From Eledone cirrhosa (taxonomy: Eukaryota), in the NCBI GenBank assembly GCA_964016885.1, contig OZ024749.1, positions 42,346,001 through 42,410,000 of the forward strand: a stretch of 64,000 nucleotides of DNA, in the 5' to 3' direction. The position numbers and the translations under genes were made by a program. Below, piece after piece: positions 1 to 10,671 of this stretch (the stretch's first letter is position 1; the number at the start of each line of letters is the position of its first letter). The notes under the pieces are model-generated. The model was not told the DNA's origin, did not search any database, and worked only from the letters and a program-made list of their open reading frames with translations.

Positions 1-30
1 TAATAATTTTCATTATATTATATTATATAT

Positions 31-372
31 GGAGGCACATGGCTTAGTGGTTAGAGCATTGGCCTTGCAATCGAAAGGTTGTGAGTTCAATTCTCAGACC
101 GGGTGGTGTGTTGTTTCCTTGAGCAAGACACTTTATTTCACATTGCTCCAGTTTACTCAGCTGTAGAAATGAGATGATAGGGACTGGTGTCCCTATCATT
201 CCACTGCAAAGTGGTCGTGGCGGTGCCACGGCACAAAAGCACCCAGCACTCACTGTAAATGAGGTTGGTGTTAGGAAGGGCATCCAGCTGTAGAAATCAA
301 GCCAGAATCAGTTCCCGTCCCACCCTTGCAAGCAGGGAAAAGCGGACGTAAAATGATGATGATGATGATGAT
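31..372 (+). mobile_element. tRNA-derived SINE family A (tRNA-like head, CORE-like centre, RTE-derived 3' part and (TGA)n tail)
   Basis: A-box-like TGGCTTAGTGG, B-box-like GAGTTCAATTC, central CCTTGAGCAAGACACTT, GTTAGGAAGGGCATCCAGCTGTAGAAA block; 314-353 identical to the LINE 3' end at 46296-46335, then (TGA)n; near-identical copies at 32170, 36992, 38331. Confidence 0.9.
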
Positions 373-554
373 ACAATCCAGAGTTTTCTCATTGCTTTCT
401 GTTTGGTTTTGGTCATGTCAGGTTGTGGAGGCTATTTAACCAATAGTTGGGGTAGATGACCATTGACTCTGAGGAGTTCATCAGCCCTTTTAACAGTTCA
501 TCTTTTTGTTTTTTATGCAGTTGGAACCTTGGGGGTGACCTCATAGGTGTCATT

Positions 555-680
555 GTCATTCATTGCTGTTGTTGTTGTTGTTGTTAGTAGCGGTTGTGGT
601 GGTATTGTTGTTGGTGAAGTTGTTGTTATTGTTGGTGTTGTTGGTGGTGATGGTTGTGGTGGAGGAGTTGTTGTTGTTGA
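555..680. repeat. (GTT/GGT)n low-complexity trinucleotide tract
   Basis: Degenerate GTT/GGT repeats; source of the spurious poly-T and poly-L/V ORFs. Confidence 0.85.
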
Positions 681-1229
681 TATCGACGCCGCCGTCACTG
701 TCGCTCTACTGTGACACCCACCCTACCGTAGCCAGATATAGGCATTGATAATTGATACTCCAGACTGCTTGCCCTATCAATTAGTCAGCACCACTTAGCG
801 ACCCCCGCTCCCCACCCTTGGACTATATAGCAGTCTTCAAAGAGACATGACATAACCTTGACCACCGCCATACTACTGCCGTTCTCGGTGTTGTCATTGT
901 TGTTGTTCTTGCAGTTTATTTTATCTTTACTTTCGGGTCTCGAATAATCCTCCACCCCCACTTATTCATTTAACAGATTTTTTTCATCCCCCCGCTTATT
1001 AAATTTTGCTAATCTATCTCCAGCGAAATTTTATTTTAACTGGTAACCTACGACAATTAATTTTCTTTAGACATTAAAAAACGTTATACATGACCAAAAT
1101 AGTATAGCTACACACATATAAAGAGAGAGGAAAGGAAAGGAATAAGGTACATTTGAGAGATCAGTTTCTCTGAATGTCAACAAAAGAAAAATTAAAGGGA
1201 GTTAATTCTCACAGTGAAATAATATAATT

Positions 1230-1530
1230 ACTTCCCTTTGCGGGGAAGCATCTCTCCTCACAGATCTCGACGCCTGCAGCCGACAGTCTGCTGAGGAGAT
1301 ATACATTGCCAGGTTTGACAACGCCGGATGGCAGCAGACCACCTTACCCATCAGATATGGCGGCCTCGCTCTCCGTCCTCCTATCTTACCGGCTCCAGTC
1401 TGTTTTCCTTTCGTTGGTGACCTCTTGACATGTCCTTATCAACAGGGTTCTCCACAACACAACTGAACTTTGTGCTCCAGGAGCACGAGGCGGCCTACGT
1501 GACATGGAACCAGCTCGGCCTTCACTATGT
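1230..1530 (+). mobile_element. Decayed CRE-clade non-LTR retrotransposon fragment
   Basis: Translates TSLCGEASLLTDLDACSRQSAEEIYIARFDNAGWQQTTLPIRYGGLALR, resembling the post-RT W-x-Q-A-x-L-P-x-R-x-G-G-L-G motif of CRE-like elements. Confidence 0.65.
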
Positions 1531-2089
1531 GAACGTCTGCCCCCCCCCCCCCCCCCCTCTCATCTCCGTAGATGTCCAGTCCCCATAAAATAAATGCTCA
1601 ATAAATACATCACTAAACATGTAGAAATATCCGAAGCGATGAAAAAGTCGTATAGTGTTATGATTTGTCACATGATTTAACGTGGGTGAGTGTGGACTGT
1701 GTAGTGGAAAATACAGGCTTAGCAATTTTCTTAGTGTGGCCTTAGCAATAAGTGTCGGAAACTAGGTTTATAGCTTACAAAACTGTAAGGTGGAATTATT
1801 TAAATTGGGAAAATCGGACGCATAACTGTGAGAAGAGGGCATATATTGCACAGATACCCTAGAGCGCTAAATACGCAGGCGTTAGCTTTAGTCACAAGAA
1901 ATAAATATTAAAGCGATTATATTTTGTGTATTTTCATTACTTTAAATATTGGAGGAATATTTATAGTCTTTCATTTATTATATTTTAAAACAAATAGCGA
2001 CACACACAAACACTCATTTCACAATGTGTATGTAAGCAGATTTATAAGTTTTAATTTTCACTGTCTTTTTGTAGCTGTCTCATACACAC

Positions 2090-2149
<60 letters not shown>

Positions 2150-2689
2150 GAAGATCGGTGGTATAAATACAGCGCCCTTCGACCAGTGTCTTGCTCACTC
2201 AACAAATCCAGTGAATTGCAGTTATACAGCTGCAATCACCTGTTCAGAGTGCACACATTTAGTTTTACTGTAGAGCGTTGGCTGAGTTTATATATATATA
2301 TATACAAGTTTAAACGGCATATAAAGGAATAATAATAATATCAATTGAAAAACTGCTGGTATTATGTATATAGAACAATTATATTGTAAGAATATAACTT
2401 ACTTTAAGATGGTAAATTGAAAATTCCTAGACAGATCTGTATGGAAAAATCGACAAAAAGACGCAAACCATTAATTAGCAATCGGTATATATTTTGTGCA
2501 TATCGATTAAACTTAAATTTAGTATGTATATATAATCAGTTCATAACAATGGCACTCAAGATTCGTTGGACTTAATGCCAACTCGTTCAGTCTGCTATAT
2601 TGTAATGGAGTTCTGTTGTAAACTGATTATACATAATTCGTCTCTCGGATATTTTATACCAAATTTTGACTGGTATATATATATATATA

Positions 2690-2862
2690 TAGTAATAATA
2701 ATAAATTTGAAGACAAATCCAAAGAGGGCTCGATAAGGATAAATATATATCAAATATATAAGAACCGTAGAGCAAATATTTATTAAAATAACAGATTAAA
2801 GTTTAAGCAAAGAATCGCTGCTTTCACCCTTAACTTTAATCTGTTATTTTAATAAATATATA
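2690..2862. mobile_element. Short fold-back element in (TA)n; second copy at 25498-25706
   Basis: First ~95 nt almost identical to 25498-25600; internal inverted repeat ATATTTATTAAAATAACAGATTAAAGT / ACTTTAATCTGTTATTTTAATAAATAT; flanked by (TA)n. Confidence 0.75.
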
Positions 2863-2898
2863 TATATAAGATCAAAAGATGGTTAAAAGAGTTCCATG

Positions 2899-2969
2899 TA
2901 TTTTATTATGCGCATTTCAAAAACAAATATCATCATGCGATGACATTTGCGTTTTCGTCAGATAAAATA
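2899..2969 (-). ncRNA. Minimal type-I hammerhead ribozyme (inverted-arm copy)
   Basis: Reverse complement of 4345-4415 with one stem II difference. Confidence 0.8.
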
Positions 2970-4344
2970 GGGAGACATGATATGAAGGTTAAAAAACACT
3001 TGTGAACAGTGCAGTTTTAAATCAACATATGAAAAGTAGTTTTAGATTGATGTGTGATATTGGGAGAAAAAAAAATTGAGGGGGGGGGGGTGGAAAGGAT
3101 GAAAAAGAGGAGGAGATGAGAGTAAAGAATGGAGGGGGAGGAGTATAATAAGGAAGGATGAGAGATGGGTGATAGAGAGAGAGAGATAGCTTTTATAACT
3201 GAGAAAAATATATTGTTTTACATAGAGAGGTTAAATATGTTCTCTATCCAAGACATATAATCTCTGTTTATGTGAGAAATTTACCATTATATCTAATTTA
3301 GATTCTATAATAAATAGACGCACTGACTTGTTTTCTCTCTGCTTGCATAAATTCCACAGAACATTCCATAAAGTATACAGCTAATATCTAATACTTTACC
3401 AATTTAAAATCCTTTTCTCAAAGGCACATATATATATATATTTCTTTAAAAATATACCCATCTTTCTACCTTATTTCAATGTTATTTATTATACATTATA
3501 TAATACTAGTTACTCATTCTATATCACTCCTATTTATCACTTCCCTTTCTTTCTTTTTTGTTCCTTTTTTCTTTTTCTTTTAATTTCTAACCTCTAATCT
3601 GTACCTTTTCTTCCTAGATACTTCTCAATTCTCATTATTAATCACCACAATATATCCTTACCCTTTTAAATACTTTATAATATCACCTTCAAAAATCCTT
3701 CGTAAACATAAACATTTTTTTGACGTTAGATTATTCATCCTCAATTCATTATTATTTCTCCCTTTCATGCTCATCTAACTTATACATATTACACTCATTC
3801 ATCCACTCTTCTACTTCTTTTCACAATATATCCTTAATTACATTACTATTGTTATATTTTTATATTTGTTTAATAATACATATCAACAATTTCTTTCCAT
3901 CGCACATATTATTAAACCCTTAAATATTATTCTTAATACATATTAACAATTTCTTTTCATCGCACATATTATTAAACCCTTCAATATACAAACCTTAATT
4001 TAACATTATTCTAAAACTTTTCTCTTCGTTAATTTTCAAATTCTTTTAATTTATATATTATCTTCCAACGGTTTTTTAACCTCTCTATGTAAAACAATAT
4101 ATTTTTCTCAGTTGTAAAAACTATCTCTCTCTCTCTCTCTATCACCCATCTCTCCTCCTATCTCATCCTTCCTTATTATACTCATCCCCCTCCATTCTTT
4201 ACTCTCATCTCCTCCTCTTTTTTATCCCCCCCCCCCTCAATTTTTTTTCCCCAATATCACACATCAATCTAAAACTACTTTTCATATGTTGATTTAAAAC
4301 TGCACTGTTCACAAGTGTTTTTTAACCTTCATATCATGTCTCCC

Positions 4345-4415
4345 TATTTTATCTGACGAAAATGCAAATGTCATCGCATGATGATATTTGTTTTTGAAAT
4401 GCGCATAATAAAATA
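4345..4415 (+). ncRNA. Minimal type-I hammerhead ribozyme
   Basis: TATTTTAT-CTGACGA-[long stem II, loop GCAT]-GAAA-TGCGCA-TA-ATAAAATA; perfect 8-bp stem I; palindromic stem III. Confidence 0.85.
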
Positions 4416-4539
4416 CATGGAACTCTTTTAACCATCTTTTGATCTTATATATTATTTATACTCCAGTCCTACAAACTGTAGAGTGCTACTTATCCGATAT
4501 CTGCATTGCTTTATTGTACTACAATAAAACTCACCTCCT

Positions 4540-4576
<37 letters not shown>

Positions 4577-4691
4577 ATGGTCTTTCCACCATTTTTCTAT
4601 ACTTAACAATGTATATGTAATATGCATTCTGATGTTCAAGTATTATTCTACCCGTATAGGGTATTTAATTAAAAACTTTGCTTTAGTATCT

Positions 4692-4731
4692 GCCTCAGAC
4701 GAGCCCCATTGGGCGAAACATGTGTAAGAGC
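4692..4731 (+). ncRNA. Degenerate hammerhead-like motif (CAGACGA core variant)
   Basis: GCCT-CAGACGA-GCCC-CATT-GGGC-GAAA-CATGTG-TA-AGAGC; U4 to A change and weak stem I. Confidence 0.5.
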
Positions 4732-4779
4732 TTCATAAAGATATGTTTTAACGGCTTATAACTCTTTCATTAATCATTT

Positions 4780-4833
<54 letters not shown>

Positions 4834-4889
4834 ACAAAACACAAGCTTGTGTTGGACAGAATAAAGGAGAGACACAAAATAAGAAATCA

Positions 4890-4932
4890 GTCACTGAGGA
4901 GGTCACAGAATGTGTGACGAAAGAGCTTTGAC
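4890..4932 (+). ncRNA. Minimal hammerhead ribozyme in a short (TA)n-flanked element (~4831-5031)
   Basis: GTCA-CTGAGGA-G-GTCACA-GAATG-TGTGAC-GAAA-GAGC-TT-TGAC; element has terminal inverted repeat AAAACACAAGC/GCTTGTGTTTT. Confidence 0.7.
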
Positions 4933-6084
4933 AATATATCAACAACTACTTGGTTACTGAACCAACCGGAAATGTATAATCAATTGAAGTGAAAACCAAC
5001 AGGTGCTTGTGTTTTAACAAAGTATAACAAATATATATATATATATATGGTAAATTATTTGTATTTAATTGATTCTAGTGGGCTATTCTTGTAGGAATTG
5101 ACTATTCAGTCTAGCGAAACGTTCGTAACTTTATTGTATGCTTCAATAAAAATCCTCGTTTAAACTCCTGTTTTATACACAGACACACAACTCACTTTAT
5201 TCGTTCCGCTGGTGACAGTTGTTCAAAGCATTTCACATTTTACCTGAGTCTGGACATGTCATTTAACAAAGTCATCACAGCTTCATAGTCATACATACAT
5301 ATCGATATACACCGCGACAATTCAATATGTAAGTTTTCTTTTATATACTAACTTCTATTGTACTAATGATATTTGGAGGTGGGACTATAAAGGTGTTTAT
5401 AGTTCTTTAAAAGCTTCTCTTTTTCTCTCTCTCTAGACTTAGATAAACATTATATACCTGTCAACACTAACTAACCGAGGATTTTAGAGAGTAACATTTA
5501 ATTAGGATATCGCCGTGTACTTGAAAACGTATGTGTGTGTATATATATAGAGAGGGGTATGTGTGTATTTATATATATATATCTTTCTGATACAGACGTG
5601 TGTGTGTGTGTGTATATATATATATACACATGTGTTAATGTGTGTAGAACGTTCACTACCAAACAATGCTGAGGATTGTTTGTATTAAGGTGGATAGATT
5701 AAGAGTTAAGGAAGTTAAAAATGTTTGAATGGAAAATGTCAACGCCAAAGGCTAATGATAAAACAACTGTGTATGAGTGTATATATATATATATATATAT
5801 ATATACTATCAACAGTCTCTTCTACACAACCTACCTACCTACCTGTTGTTTCTATCCTGTTTATAATCTACAAAGCCTCCTCTACTTCTGCTGTATCTTA
5901 GCACCTTAACTACTTCGTTGTGCTGATAGAGGAGGTGGGGTACATCTTAACTCAAGCGAATTTTACTTGAATCAAACTTACATTTATTTACTTTTTTTTT
6001 CCATTGTTTAAAATATCATTAGTTTTATTGTTAGTATGAATACTAATTTATTTCTGTTCTTATTCGTGTAAATAAATTCACTCC

Positions 6085-6245
6085 GAGTTCAAATCCCGTC
6101 GAAGTTACGGCTCTTTACGTTCTGAGTTCAAATCACCCCAGGTTAACTTTACTTTTCATCCTTACGGGGGTCGATAAAATAAAGTACCAGTAATGTACTG
6201 GGTATTTGTTGGCCTTGTGCCAAAAGTAGAAACAATTATTATTTG
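6085..6245 (+). mobile_element. SINE family B fragment
   Basis: GAGTTCAAATC B box, CTTTTCATCCTTACGGGGGTCGATAAAATAAAGTACCAG centre, GGCCTTGTGCCAAAAGTAGAAACAATTATT tail. Confidence 0.75.
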
Positions 6246-7560
6246 GTGGGGTCGGCTATAATCGACTTATACGTACCCCTAAATGTCTGGCCTTGTGCCG
6301 ATATATAATAAATATTATGTACATATGTGTATATCAGAAAGCGAAATAGATATACACATACCTCTCTCATTATATATATATTATATATAATTTGCTCGCA
6401 ATCGCCCCTCCAGTATTAGTGTAAAACTGTTTTAAAATATACATTTCTAATGCCCCATCCATCGTCCTTGTGCTAATTTAAAAAAACAAACAACCCCCAA
6501 CATTTTTAATATACTTTGAATGTATACTTTATATTTTACCCTTCGTCTTCCCAGGGTTGATCAAATAAAGTAACAGTCAAATACTGTGATGGTTTATTCA
6601 ACTATATTCTTTCGCCTCACAAATATTATTGACCCTGTGCTAACGTAACAATGCGATATTTTAATTAAACTCTTGCTGTTGTTTTTTCCTCTAAAACTTT
6701 TGAATATTTATTCAACAAATTGGTGTCAAGGGTAAGCTGGCTATAGAAACTATAGATCAATGGTGATGCCCCAGCATAGCCTTAGCCTGCTACACGTAAT
6801 AGAATAGTGGTATAAAAATGTTTTGTTTCCAAGTAAAATAATCATTGAGGTGTGTTTATTTTTTTCTGGCAACATTAGGACAACATGACCCTCCCCAAAT
6901 ATAAAAATAATAATCATTTTTTTCAGCCTGTGTCGTTATCATAAACAATATATCCTATGCAAGCGTAACCGCCCCCATTCTTAAGACTAGCTATACCAAA
7001 TGAAATGTCCTCCGTTATTCATGACATTGGCAAAAACTCGGTCAAATCTTGAAGAATCTGCTTCCAATAGAAATCTTTTATTTTTATGGCACCTCTTCAT
7101 TATTTCCAACGCATTTCAAATTGAAACACACTTTTATCTCTACCAAGAACCCTATCCCTAAACCGTCATTTATGTTTGTTTTTCAATTTGAAAAGCAGTG
7201 TAATATCAAAGAAGCTTCATCTATTTATTATTTTTATACATCGAGCTATTTTTCTCCACCTGCAAGAAGTAACTGTCCAAATTCTCCTGAAATTACACCC
7301 TACCATCTTAAACGTAGAATTTTGAAGGATTTACTCAAATGACGTGTTTGTGTTTTCATTCTGTAACCATTATATATATATATATATCACGATAAATTAA
7401 CGGACCCATAGACTCTCGTTATTCCTTGTCAATAATGTGCTCAAAGGAAAAGGATTATAGTCCATAGATTATAGTTTCCATACACGGGTGGTTTTTCCCT
7501 GTTTTATTGATGGCGCACTATCTCTCTCTAGTGTGTTACCTTTTCAACATATTGTATTTC

Positions 7561-7594
<34 letters not shown>

Positions 7595-8817
7595 GCCTTC
7601 ATACAAAACTTAAACGATTTAATGATGATTAAACGTATATTTTTATGCAATGTTGGTGGGAAATTATTGCTTGAAGAAATTATTTCGTTCCTGGTATAAT
7701 AACTTAAAATATGGTTCTTGTATAATAATATCATGTTGGAAAATATAAATTTATATAGTTGTTTAACATGGATTGGTTTTTTTTTTTCATATAACCTGGG
7801 TCAGTTTTGGCCGGGTTGTTAACAAAAGTATTAAACAAGGACAGATAAGGTAAGGTAATAGTTATCGTAAGTTGTAGTGAACCTGTCATTGGGTTACCTG
7901 TTATCAACAACAGCGGTGTTGTTTGAATGTTTAAATAGTATATATGTACCTGTATATTCTGGTAGAGTCGTAGAGGCGCTGTAGTGACATACGTATATCT
8001 TGGCTATTTTAAACCTGGCGAAGCTCATCTTCCCTCCATATTTGAACGCAGCCATTTCTTCGAAAGAGAGAGAGAGAATTTACCTCGACGGGATTTGAAC
8101 TTTGTTAAAAAAATATGATATGAAATAATAAATATATATTATAAATAAATATTATGTCTGAAAAATAAAACTACGTGATCACAGCTGGTATATCTTTGTT
8201 CATCGATATGCGTGATCGAAGCTGACTTTCGGCTAAAGAAAATACCGGTTACCAAAGGGTCACAACTCAACTGGAACGTCCCTGATCATATTTGATCAGG
8301 GCTAACTTGGGTCTAAACAAGGAAATACACCTTATACCGTCTAGTTTTGAAGATACTGTCTGAATAAAAAAAAATGGGGTCACGACTGGAACATCTTTGA
8401 TTAAAAGGTCTACCTACCTTAATTAAAAAGACTGACCTCTGGGTGTGTCTCTCTCGTATCAACAACTCTCCTAATACACACACGCACGTACGTACACACG
8501 CGCGCATACACCATATATTTGATTAACTCTATATTGATATCCACTAGTAAACATTACCAACACTACATCATTCGGCGTTATATATTTATATATTTTAATA
8601 ACAAAATATTACAAACATGTGGTTAAATAGACTGTGTGTAAGTATAGGTTTCGTTTTCACTTATTAACTAACGCATGTTCGTCAACAGGTGGACTATGGA
8701 GGTGATGTCCTCGGGTTTTACAGGTGTTTATATGTAAGATACATGGAGACCTCGGTCTTTCTCAATGTTTTTAAATATATATATATATGAGTCATTAAAA
8801 AAAAATACTGATTGCTG

Positions 8818-8853
<36 letters not shown>

Positions 8854-8929
8854 ACCGTTTAAATAATTATTATGAATAAACGATGTAATACCAGTATCTT
8901 TCTTAATGTTATTCTTATATACACACACA

Positions 8930-9004
8930 CAGGGTGTCCCCCAAAAATGTGTACACACTAATTAGAATGCTGTTGAAGTGTGTATACATTTTTGGGACAC
9001 CCTG
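8930..9004. mobile_element. Tiny Tc1/mariner-type MITE (CAGGGTGTCCC termini)
   Basis: TIR CAGGGTGTCCC(CC)AAAAATGT / ACATTTTTGGGACACCCTG; related copies at 23997-24072, 58607-58705, ~25148-25371. Confidence 0.75.
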
Positions 9005-9032
9005 TGTGTGTATATATATAATACACAAACAC

Positions 9033-9224
9033 ACGGTGGTGGGCTGAAAAGTTCATAGACTGACTATGAAGGAGTGATGCTAGAGCTGTAAAATATTGCA
9101 TGCATTAATGTCAACTCTTATTAAGTGGATTGTTTCTTTCCAGGGACTATCTTGAAAAATAAACTTCATTTGGTCATTCCATGAGAGTATCTTGGTCAGC
9201 CTATGAACCTTTCAGCCGGCTCTC

Positions 9225-9226
<2 letters not shown>
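9033..9226. mobile_element. Mariner-derived MITE
   Basis: TIR GGCTGAAAAGTTCATAGACTGAC / GTCAGCCTATGAACCTTTCAGCC; related copies near 15190-15380, 22110-22285, 30406-30610, 51213-51345. Confidence 0.7.
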
Positions 9227-9269
<43 letters not shown>

Positions 9270-9312
9270 GTGCGTGTTTATATGTTTACATTTTCAGAGG
9301 TTCTCACAGAAG

Positions 9313-9493
9313 ATGTATAACAGGTCAGATCACAAAACGTCTCCCTTAAACAACCGATTCCAAGACTATGTGGAACGACGGCTCACAGAGATTCACTACC
9401 GAGGTTGTCCTTCTTTTGATGGAGTCAAAAAGAATGTTTTTCCTTTCATAGCAGCCTTGATATTTATGTCACTGATTCCTTTTCTACATATTG
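9313..9493 (+). CDS. Uncharacterised multi-pass membrane protein, coding exon 1
   Basis: Acceptor TTTTCAG ending 9297, ATG 9313, donor GTGAGT at 9494; MYNRSDHK...FPFIAALIFMSLIPFLHI; ends phase 1. Confidence 0.75.
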
Positions 9494-9521
9494 GTGAGTT
9501 CCTTCTAAAGAAATTTATCTT

Positions 9522-9578
<57 letters not shown>

Positions 9579-9677
9579 ATATAAGCAATGAGTTATTTAA
9601 TTTGTTGGTTATTCAAACAGAAATCAAAACGATAAGTTCTTGTTTTGAATATGTCACTATCTGTAAAACATATTTTA

Positions 9678-9739
9678 TATTTTATCTGATGAGAGCGTAC
9701 CAAAAATGTTGGTACCCTTGAAATATATCTAATAAAATA
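9678..9739 (+). ncRNA. Minimal hammerhead ribozyme in an intronic fold-back element (~9583-9785)
   Basis: TATTTTAT-CTGATGA-GAGCGTACCAAAAATGTTGGTACCCTT-GAAA-TATATC-TA-ATAAAATA; preceded by an inverted tail fragment matching 59801-59833. Confidence 0.75.
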
Positions 9740-9780
9740 GATATGGTTTTATAAAGATAGTTTCCATTTATTAATATTAT

Positions 9781-9819
<39 letters not shown>

Positions 9820-9848
9820 CTAACCCTCTTCCCTTCATATTTTCACAG

Positions 9849-9938
9849 CTGTCTTCTACAAACTAATCTGGGTACCAGACAAAGCTCCTGTGGATCGTTC
9901 TGGCTGTACTTGTTCCTGTTTTGACACTGTTTTCCGAG
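9849..9938 (+). CDS. Uncharacterised multi-pass membrane protein, coding exon 2
   Basis: TTTCACAG acceptor, GT donor, 90 nt, phase 1/1; AVFYKLIWVPDKAPVDRSGCTCSCFDTVFRG. Confidence 0.8.
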
Positions 9939-10671
9939 GTATACATTTCAATGTTTTCCTTCTCTAATCTCCTCTTTTTTCTTACTTCCTTTCATCCTTC
10001 ATTTGCTGTCTCCTTTCATCAGTTGTTAGCTGCTGGGACACTGCATCCTTCAAAACTTCCATGCTTTCTGAAATTTGCCAACACTACAACTGATATTCCC
10101 CCTCCATACACACACATGCATGTGTCTGTGTGTATATCATAACTCATACAGTTTATTTTCCTGACATGATCAGATGACCATGTCTTGCTCACAAAACTGA
10201 TTTTGGTTTCGTTTCTATGACCTGATGCCCTTCCTAAGGCTAAGCACATTTACAGTGTGTATGGGGTGCTTTTCCCCCTCATCTAATTACTAATTAAGGT
10301 AGTGAATTGGCAGAGTCATTTGAACATCAGATAGTGCTTTGTGGTACTCGTTCCAGCTCTCTGAGTTTAAATCCTGCTGAGGTCAACTTTGCCTTTTATA
10401 TTTTCAAGGTTGATAAAAAAAAGTATCAGTCTACTACTGGGGTCGATTCTTCCTCTATATCTCTTTCTCATTTCCATTCTCTCACTCTCTCTATCTTTCA
10501 CTGAAAGAAATTGCTGTCCTCAGGCCTGGAGGGGAACGGGCTCTGCCAGGCTTTAAAATGCTCTAGAAATGCTGTATTGACATACAGTAAGTACCCCTAC
10601 GACTCCATCAGGAGTTGAGGGACCATACCATACCAATTACTAATTCCATTGTTATTCTGTTGCTATCCTAG

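Larger units (their letters stand above)
2863..4540 (+). mobile_element. 5'-truncated Penelope-like retroelement with inverted pseudo-LTR copy, endonuclease C-terminal remnant and two hammerhead motifs
   Basis: ~370 bp inverted arms 2863-3235 / 4075-4451; 3238-3384 translates CSLSKTYNLCLCEKFTIISNLDSIINRRTDLFSLCLHKFHRTFHKVYS*; hammerhead in each arm; unpaired 3' tail 4452-4540; microsatellite flanks. Confidence 0.8.

Noticed and set aside
31-105. tRNA-like sequence with A and B boxes (also at 32440-32512 and 54152-54235)
   Set aside because: SINE heads continuing into SINE bodies; no complete cloverleaf or acceptor stem
5065-5135. GAAACGTTCGTA hammerhead-like 3' half
   Set aside because: CUGANGA core not recognisable (CTAGTGG) and no clear stem I; at most a decayed copy
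8689-8733. Candidate upstream exon with an ATG for the membrane-protein gene
   Set aside because: Neither donor places its ATG in frame with 9313; at best 5' UTR and cannot be verified here
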